A stretch of DNA of 64,000 bases. Source: Verrucomicrobiota bacterium (GTDB lineage Bacteria > Verrucomicrobiota > Verrucomicrobiia > Limisphaerales > UBA11358). This document shows positions 57,081 through 64,000 of this stretch, in pieces. Location of the stretch: assembly GCA_050015635.1 (NCBI GenBank), contig JBEKBA010000003.1:73-64072 (forward strand), in the 5' to 3' direction. The notes beneath the pieces were generated by a model. The model searched no databases, was not told the DNA's origin, and saw nothing but the letters and a program-made list of their open reading frames with translations. The translations under genes were made by a program, and so were the position numbers. Position 1 is the stretch's first letter; every line of letters starts with the position of its first letter.

Positions 57081-57289
57081 ATTGGCCTCATCAGGTTTCC
57101 AACCATTACAGCAGTTCCGTGCGCGGCACAAACAATTTGCCGCGCAAAGCTCGACACAGGTTCACACAGGTTCAGTTTACGATATCTGGCTTCCGGGTGT
57201 GGAGGCGCGCGGCTTGATTTGCCGAAAAACCGTGTCAATTCGTGTCTGTTTTCCACCCGCTACCCGCTACTCGCCGCTTTTCAACTGCT

Positions 57290-58834
57290 TTACTCATACC
57301 CGAACGCCTTCACAACCGGCTCCAGTTTTTCCAGATGCGGTTCCAGATATTTCTGGTAATTGCGCCACCGGCCAACGGCGCCTTTATAGACCGGTTTGGT
57401 TACGTCGGAGTAGGTCGGGGAGCGCACCACTTTCTGCCGCGCATGCTCATCAAATTTCATTACACGCGCGTCCCACGGCACACCCAGAAAATCCAGCGTT
57501 TTGCGCGCGACCGATTCGAGGTCGTCCACCATGTCCTCGTAGCGCACTTCAAGGAATGGATTTTTTACCAGTGGCTTTAGCGTCAGCCATATCCCCATGA
57601 CCCGCGTGTAGGTTCCAACCGTGCCTTCAAGATTCAGAAAGGTCGCGTTACCTGTGCTAAGGGGCCAAAGCGGCTGCATGAAACAGCTCAAGACTGCATC
57701 CCGCGGATCACGGATTGCCACCAGCAGTTTGATTTCCGGAAAGAAACGGACAAAGGCCGGAATCAAACTTTGGAAGTCGGGATTTTTATCAATCAACAGC
57801 CTGTCCCCGATGGGCTGGTCGAGGAACAATTCCATCAAATGAAAATAGCGTTCACGAGCCTGTCCCAACGATTTGACTGATGCGCCATCGAGTGCCGCCA
57901 GCATGGGCGTGCCTTGCGGCAAGCCGCGCGTGAGAAGAACCAGGGCTTCGTCGGTAAAAACCCTGGTTTCTGCCGCCGAGACGGTGTCCGGGTGTGAATC
58001 CAGCACCTGCTCCAGCAAGGTCGTCCCGGAACGGGGATGGCCGCCCAAAAATGCCAGACGATGGGCTGTTTGAAGCTCCCGGCCGGAATCAAACCAACGT
58101 TGCAACAGTTCCGCTGAGATGTTGTTTTGCATTTCTTGCAAATGTCTGATGGTGGGTTGCAATTGGGTGAGCAGAGGCGGCGCGTCCGGCAGCAGCAGCG
58201 CCTTGGCTTCCAAATATGCGGTCATGGCCTCGTCATAACGCCCCTGCCGATCGTAAATCCCGCCCAGCTCATACCAGCCTAGGACTCGCGACTCGCGATC
58301 CGCTGCCGTCAGCATGGGGCGCAGCGCCTGTTCGGCTTCAACCAGTCGCCCCGCCTGTCGGTGCAATTTTGCCCGGGTGAGCCGGGCCAGGGGGCAGGCA
58401 TTGTCCAAATGCAGGGCGCGCTCCACCAGGACGGCGGCCTCTTCCATGCGGTGAGTGCGCTCGTAAAGTGCCGCCAGTCTTGCGATGGTTTCCGCCGTTG
58501 CATCTCTTTGTTCCACGGCGCGCCGGAAGTATCCTTCGGCCATTTGCGGTCTGCCGAACTCAATGGATGTCTTCCCGGCGGCTGCCAGGGCTTCCGTTTT
58601 ATGCGGTGCAAAGCGAACCGCCTGTTCCAAACAGCGTTCGGCTGCTGCATAGTCGTAATTAAAACCGTGGGCGCGGCCCAACTGGAGCCGGAGCCGCCAG
58701 TTGGCCGGATCCAGCCGGGTGGTGCGTTCGATAATCTCAATGCCTTGTTGAAGGTCGCCACGCTTGCAGCATTCATCGGCGGCTTGAATCATGCGATTCA
58801 AGGAACCCTGGGAAACCAACTGCGGTCGTTTCAT
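57290..58834 (-). CDS. TPR-repeat sulfotransferase-domain protein (intact copy)
   Basis: 514 aa. N-terminal TPR repeats. 5'-PSB-like loop GGHPRSGTTLLEQVL. C-terminal sulfotransferase region (IRDPRD...RYEDMV). Confidence 0.8.
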   Translation of the reverse strand: MKRPQLVSQGSLNRMIQAADECCKRGDLQQGIEIIERTTRLDPANWRLRLQLGRAHGFNYDYAAAERCLEQAVRFAPHKTEALAAAGKTSIEFGRPQMAEGYFRRAVEQRDATAETIARLAALYERTHRMEEAAVLVERALHLDNACPLARLTRAKLHRQAGRLVEAEQALRPMLTAADRESRVLGWYELGGIYDRQGRYDEAMTAYLEAKALLLPDAPPLLTQLQPTIRHLQEMQNNISAELLQRWFDSGRELQTAHRLAFLGGHPRSGTTLLEQVLDSHPDTVSAAETRVFTDEALVLLTRGLPQGTPMLAALDGASVKSLGQARERYFHLMELFLDQPIGDRLLIDKNPDFQSLIPAFVRFFPEIKLLVAIRDPRDAVLSCFMQPLWPLSTGNATFLNLEGTVGTYTRVMGIWLTLKPLVKNPFLEVRYEDMVDDLESVARKTLDFLGVPWDARVMKFDEHARQKVVRSPTYSDVTKPVYKGAVGRWRNYQKYLEPHLEKLEPVVKAFGYE

Positions 58835-59048
58835 TATGGAAAATTAGACGCTGAAGCTTTTTGCGCAAGTCAAACACCACAGTAGGGACTGGTGGCCGTC
58901 CGCAAGGACTTCCACCGTGTCCCAAACATTTTCGCGTGGTGGCCGAACCGCAAGGTGCCTTGACATCTTGGTGGTTAATTTCTGCTTTCCAAATTTCTGC
59001 CTTTTGCTCATTTGGCTCGTTGCTCGTTGCTCGCCGCTTTCAACTGCT

Positions 59049-60501
59049 TTACTCATACCCGAACGCCTTCACAAACGGCTCCAGCCTTTCCAGATGCGGT
59101 TCCAGATATTTCTGGTAATTACGCCAGCGTCCCCGGGCGCGCTTATAAACTTTCTGCGTCACGTCGGCGTAGGTCGGGGAGCGCACCATCTTTTTGCGGG
59201 CATGTTCGTCAAAGGCGAGCACGCGTTCATCCCAGGGCACGCCGAGAAAATCCAGTGTTTTGCGCGCCACCGATTCGAGGTCATCCACCATGTCCTCGTA
59301 GCGCACTTCGAGAAATGGATTTTTTATCAGCGGCCTTAGCGTCAGCCACATTCCCATCACCCGGTGATATCGTTCAACGGCGCCCTCAAGGTTCAGATAA
59401 CTGGCGTTGCCGGTGTCGAGGGGCCAATGTGACAGCATGAAGCAACTCAAGACTACATCCCGCGGGTCCCGCAATGCCACCAGCAGTTTGATTTCCGGGA
59501 AGACGCGAATCAGGGCGGGAATTAAATACTGGAGGCCGGGATTCTTATCAATCAACAGCCGGTCCCCGATGGGCTTGTCGAGGAACAATTCCATCGAACG
59601 AAAATAGCGTTCCCGGGTCTGCCGCAACGACTCGACGGGCGCGCTGTCGAGCGCCGCCACCATGGGCGTGCCTTGCGGCAAGCCGCGCGTGAGAAGAACC
59701 CGGATGTCCGCCCAAAAATGCCAGACGATGGGGTGGTTGAAGTTCCCGGCCAAAATCGGACCAATGCTGGAAAAGTTCGGCCGGGACGTCATTTTGCGCC
59801 TGCTTCAAGTATTCATGAAATGATTGTAATTCGGCGAGCAGGGGCGGCGCGTCCGGCAGCAGCAGCGCCTTGGCTTCCAAATATGCGGACATGGCCTCGT
59901 CATAACGCTCCTGCCGGTCGTAAATCCCGCCCAGCTCATACCAGCCCCGCACTCGCGACTCGCGATTCGCTGCCGTCAGGATGGGGCGCAGCGCCTCTTC
60001 GGCTTCCGTCAGCCGCCCCGCCTGCCGGTGCAATTTTGCTTGCGTGAGCCGGGCCAACGGGCACGCATTGTCCAGGTGCAGGGCGCGCTCCACCAGGACG
60101 GCGGCCTCTTCTCTGCGGCGGGTGCGCTCGTAAAGTGCCGCCAGCCGGGCGAAGATTTCCGCCGGGGCGTCTTTTCGTTCCAGGGCGCGCCGGAAGTAAT
60201 CCTCGGCCAGTTGGGGTCTGTTGAACTCAAGTAATAACCGCCCGGCGGCTGCCAAAGCCTCCGTTTTATGCGGCGCAACGCGCACGGCCTGTTCCAAACA
60301 GCGTTCGGCTGCCGCGTAGTCGTAATTGAAACCGTGAGCGTGGCCCAACTGGAGTTGGAGTCGCCAATTGGCCGGATCCAGCCGGCAGGCACGTTCGAAA
60401 AATTCGATGCCCTGTGGAAAGTTCCCGCGCTTGCAGGAATCAATACCGGCCTGAATCATCCGGTTCAAGGAACCGGCGGAAACCAACTGCGGTCGTTTCA
60501 T
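59049..60501 (-). pseudogene. Tandem paralogue of the TPR-sulfotransferase gene, disrupted by a ~92-nt deletion
   Basis: Track ORFs 59548-60501 (TPR half) and 59049-59792 (sulfotransferase half) are each highly similar to 57290-58834 but lie in different frames. The nucleotide alignment loses copy-1 positions ~57942-58033 at the junction 59700/59701, which removes the PAPS-binding loop. Confidence 0.8.
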
Positions 60502-60662
60502 TATGGAAAATTAGACGCTGAAGTTTTTTGCGCAAGCTGTCTCTGCAGGGCACGGACGCGCTGCTGCACGTCCGCTAGCTACTCCCGCTTAGCCGCTCGC
60601 AATTAAAAGAAAAAGGCGCACCCGAAGGTGCGCCTGTTGAAATCAAACTCTAAAAAACAACC

Positions 60663-61511
60663 TTACGCTGTTTTGCGTGAACGGAAGACAAACAATGCCA
60701 ATACTGCGGCGCCCGCGCCACATAGTGCCAATGTCCCCGGCTCCGGAACAATTGCAAGTAAATCAATTTCCGCTGCCCCGTCGAAAACGGTCTCAACTCC
60801 TTCAATGTCAACTGGACCAGTTGGTATCGTTGTGCCATACAGATTTTGATTGGCTAACTCATCGTCTGTCACATAATAATAGAGGGCGGCACTGCCGGTG
60901 ATATCTGTTGCCGTCAGAGTGAGGTTTTTAATTCCGAATGTCGTGACAAGGTTTGTGCCAAGGCCGATAGTTACGTTATCTATTACTATCAAATTACCTG
61001 CAACACTATTGGGCAATGTTCCATTGGCGCTTAATAAACCAGCATCGGTATTAAGAGTAGCAACGGTGGCGGTTACAGGCGCTGGCACTGTGTTTACGTT
61101 TCCGCCGCTCGAGGGATACAAAGTGAATGCGGTGCTGGCATTCGTGGCCAGCTCCGGAAGCCCTTCGTATGGACTATATTTTATTGATGTAATGCCGATC
61201 CCTTCGCCCACACTCAGTGTGGGTGAGCCGGGCTCAATCCCGAAAAATTCAAGTGAACCGCTTCCATCGTAAGCCAAAAACGACTCATCTTTGCCAGAAT
61301 ACGTAAGCCCGTTAAGTGTGCCGCCCGAGTCTAGCACTGCTGTGATAACGGGGTAATTGCCATTATAATAACTACCATACGTAACCACTGTACCAGAGGC
61401 GTCCGTTTGAATTCCCGCCGCACTTTGAGTGCCGACTTGTGCAAAAGCGTTTACAGCAACTAAAACGGCTGCGGATACTATACCACCTGTGATTAAAGAA
61501 GATTTTTTCAT
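60663..61511 (-). CDS. PEP-CTERM sorting-domain secreted protein
   Basis: 282 aa with a signal peptide. C-terminal VPEPGTLALCGAGAAVLALFVFRSRK (PEP motif + TM helix + basic tail). Confidence 0.85.
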   Translation of the reverse strand: MKKSSLITGGIVSAAVLVAVNAFAQVGTQSAAGIQTDASGTVVTYGSYYNGNYPVITAVLDSGGTLNGLTYSGKDESFLAYDGSGSLEFFGIEPGSPTLSVGEGIGITSIKYSPYEGLPELATNASTAFTLYPSSGGNVNTVPAPVTATVATLNTDAGLLSANGTLPNSVAGNLIVIDNVTIGLGTNLVTTFGIKNLTLTATDITGSAALYYYVTDDELANQNLYGTTIPTGPVDIEGVETVFDGAAEIDLLAIVPEPGTLALCGAGAAVLALFVFRSRKTA

Positions 61512-61802
61512 AAGTCTTAATAGAGTACTACTAACGTTGTTTCTGAGTTTATTGTTTTTGCTTTCTCCTTCTGAGAGGAAGCTTACTTTCCTTGAAATAA
61601 GTTATGCTTGAAACTCCTCTTTGAATCAAGGGTTTTTTAAAAATACTTATTAACATTTTATTCACAGCTTTTCTTGCGGGATAATGCCTTTAACAAATAT
61701 TCGATTTTACCCCCGTTTTCCTGCGCAAAACCTGCAAAAACAAAATGATGCAAAACCCGTCACGTTCGTTACCGCCGGTCAGAGGGCCCGGCAAATGTCC
61801 GG

Positions 61803-63113
61803 TCATCCCGTGATGATTTCAGAAATCAGCGGCGCGATTTTCTGCGGCTTTGCGGAAATTTCAAAGGCCGGTTTCAGTTGCGATATTGCGTCCCCGGCCC
61901 GGGCGCGACTGGAGGCATGAACCCGGGCGAGAACTGAATCTTTTTTGACGTGCTCGCCGGGTTTCGCGATTTTATCAACGCCGACATCATAATTGATTTT
62001 TGAATCCCGGGTGAGCCGGCCGCCACCCAGATTGCGAACCACTTCGCCGATGATTCGGGCATTACCTTTGGAAACAAATCCGTCGCCCGGCGATTTTAAT
62101 TCCAAAACGGCGGGCGCGGTTGAGTCCGGCAAAAGTTTTTGATTGAACGCCTTCAAGTCCGCGCCCTGGGCAATGAGCATTTCATCCCACTTCGCGCGTG
62201 GCGCGCCGGAATCGAGACAGTCCCCGGCCTGTTTGAGTGCGGCGGCAGGGAGTTTTGATTTTTTGGTTTGCATCAGCAGATGTGCGGCGCAGTCGAGGAC
62301 AAGTTGCCGCAAATCATCCGGACCTTTGTTGTCGAGGCAATCAACACTCTCCTTCACTTCCAGCCAATTGCCGGCGGCGCGACCCAGCGGCGTGTTCATA
62401 TCGGTCAATATTGCCCGGGTGTTCACGCCGCATTTATTGCCAAGCGCAACCATGGCCTTCGCCAGTTTGCGCGCGTCAGTTTTGGTTTGCATGAACGCGG
62501 CGCAGCCGAATTTTACGTCAAGAATGAGCGCGTCCGGATTCTCGGCGAGTTTTTTGGAGAGGATGGAAGAAACGATGAGCGGGATGCTTGGAACCGTTCC
62601 GCTGGCGTCGCGGAGCGCGTAAATTTTTTTGTCGGCGGGAACCATCCTGTCCGTCTGGCCGCAGATGACGCAGCCGGTTTTCTGGACCTGCCCGACAATT
62701 TTTTCGGCGGACAAAAGCGTTTTGAAGCCGGGAATGGAATCAAGCTTGTCGAGCGTCCCGCCGGTGATGCCTAGACCGCGACCGGAAATCATCGGCACGC
62801 GGAAGCCGAGGCACGCGAGCAACGGCGCGAGCGGCAGTGAAACCTTGTCGCCGATGCCGCCGGTGGAATGTTTGTCCACGAGCGGGCGCTGGTCCCCGGG
62901 AAATTTCAGCACGTCGCCGGAATCGCGCATGGCGAGCGTCAGCGCGGTGGTTTCGATGGTGTCCAGACCGCGAAAATAAATGACCATGAGCATCGCCGCC
63001 ATTTGGTAATCAGGGATTTTTCCGGCGGTGAATTCGCGGATAAATTCGCGGATTTGGTCCGGTGCGAGAATTTGGCCATCCCGCTTTTTTTCGATGAGGA
63101 ATAGAAAGTTCAT
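61803..63113 (-). CDS. deoA: Thymidine / pyrimidine-nucleoside phosphorylase
   Basis: 436 aa from MNFLFLIEKKRDG. Motifs DKHSTGGIGDK and SGRGLG.TGGT.DKL. Confidence 0.9.
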   Translation of the reverse strand: MNFLFLIEKKRDGQILAPDQIREFIREFTAGKIPDYQMAAMLMVIYFRGLDTIETTALTLAMRDSGDVLKFPGDQRPLVDKHSTGGIGDKVSLPLAPLLACLGFRVPMISGRGLGITGGTLDKLDSIPGFKTLLSAEKIVGQVQKTGCVICGQTDRMVPADKKIYALRDASGTVPSIPLIVSSILSKKLAENPDALILDVKFGCAAFMQTKTDARKLAKAMVALGNKCGVNTRAILTDMNTPLGRAAGNWLEVKESVDCLDNKGPDDLRQLVLDCAAHLLMQTKKSKLPAAALKQAGDCLDSGAPRAKWDEMLIAQGADLKAFNQKLLPDSTAPAVLELKSPGDGFVSKGNARIIGEVVRNLGGGRLTRDSKINYDVGVDKIAKPGEHVKKDSVLARVHASSRARAGDAISQLKPAFEISAKPQKIAPLISEIITG

Positions 63114-63711
63114 CGGATTTTTCAGCCGCCTTCGGACAAAGAATAAATGCCTTGAGTCCATTTGACCTCTGGTGGGTCATGGTGGTCAAACTCCAAATTC
63201 TGAAATCCTGCATTTGTCATATATGACAACTCCCGGCGGCACGGTTGCGTGTGTGGCCTCGAACACATCGTTGGTGCAACTTGCAATCAGCAACCGCGAA
63301 AGGCGGATTATTTTTCCCATTTGTTGTCTTGATATTCGCAGCCGACATAATTTTCGACAACAAATTTTGTGAATTTTAATTGTGTTTAAAACGTGTGAAT
63401 ATTTTTTATAAAAAAACACTTGCCATCGCCGGCGATTTGTGAGAAAAGCTTCTATTGGTTTATTGTAATAACAAGGCGAGACCAATAAAAAAGGGAAACA
63501 GGGAGAAGATTACGGTTGAATTGTAACGACGTCCGATGATGAGTGGAACATTTTGTAACGGTCAAGGCAGACCGGATTGTTTCTCACTCATTTTTTGGAG
63601 CAAAAAGAAGGCAAGTTGTTTCCAAAATGTTACGTGTGTAAGGCTGCAATTGGGATAAAATCCCAAAAGTGGTGTAATCATGAAATAATAACCATAAATT
63701 AAGAGTCACCT

Positions 63712-64000
63712 ATGAAAAAGTTAACAGTGTTTGCGCTTTTTTTGTTGCTGGCGGGGATGTCCCTGCGTGCGACTTTGTTGTTTACGGATAATTTGATTTA
63801 TCCGAACGGAATGATTGAAACCGACGGTTTATGGTATTGCTACTCGCCGGCAACGCCAAAACTTGACGCCTTTGTGTCCAATGATCTCTTGATTCTCAAT
63901 TCAACTAACAGTGACGCCGTGGCGGCGCCTACCAACGGCGAGGGTGTTGTCAATGAGCTGGGAGGTTCGATTGCCTGGGCCAGCTTTACCATCAATTGCA
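63712..64000 (+). CDS. Secreted hypothetical protein (5' part; runs off window)
   Basis: ATG at 63712 follows a purine-rich AAGAG. Signal peptide is MKKLTVFALFLLLAGMSLRA. The frame is open to the window end. Confidence 0.6.
   Translation, partial: MKKLTVFALFLLLAGMSLRATLLFTDNLIYPNGMIETDGLWYCYSPATPKLDAFVSNDLLILNSTNSDAVAAPTNGEGVVNELGGSIAWASFTINC

Overview
This 64-kb chromosomal window looks like a PVC-superphylum (Verrucomicrobiota-like) genome; that placement is inferred from gene content, not computed.

**Backbone.** The backbone is moderately GC-rich and carries housekeeping genes:
- panB, an rfaE-like kinase, thiG, HIS6-type hisA, and rpsP-KH-trmD-rplS
- hisS, IHF/HU, shc, pyrD, and a dapF-like gene
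- 2-oxoacid dehydrogenase E1alpha/E1beta/E2
- folE2, rpmG, rpsR, a Fur-family regulator, prmA, rph, dinB, deoA and tRNA-Ser(UGA)

These are interleaved with secreted enzymes (CE15-like esterase, GH5, S53 peptidase, a PQQ-dehydrogenase/cytochrome c fusion), two two-component modules and a PEP-CTERM protein.

**Accessory and unusual content.**
1. A four-gene bufferin-type RiPP operon lies at 41.7-44.3 kb. It encodes a Sec-signal Cys-rich precursor, a DUF692/MNIO enzyme, a DUF2063 partner and DoxX.
2. Directly next to it is a 3,210-bp IS1595-family element (44423-47632). It has 29-bp imperfect inverted repeats and a perfect 8-bp target duplication (CAAAAAAG). It carries three, possibly four, AT-rich passenger genes of unknown function. 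It is inserted into a REP-like repeat whose uninterrupted paralogue is also in the window.
3. A probable zinc-sparing cluster comprises folE2, a Cys-poor DksA-like protein, Cys-less L33, S18 and a Fur-family regulator.
4. A controller-protein/nuclease pair sits at the left edge.
5. There are several decay or recoding signals:
   - an in-frame TAG in an oxidoreductase gene
   - a tandemly duplicated TPR-sulfotransferase gene whose second copy has lost about 92 nt
   - a scar made of a tRNA 3' fragment, a truncated XRE gene and a truncated PRC-barrel gene
   - a DapF homologue with both catalytic Cys replaced by Ser
6. Several REP-like hairpin repeat families are present.

No rRNA, CRISPR array or prophage was seen. 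Many long ORFs in the track are antisense shadow ORFs typical of GC-rich DNA and were not called.
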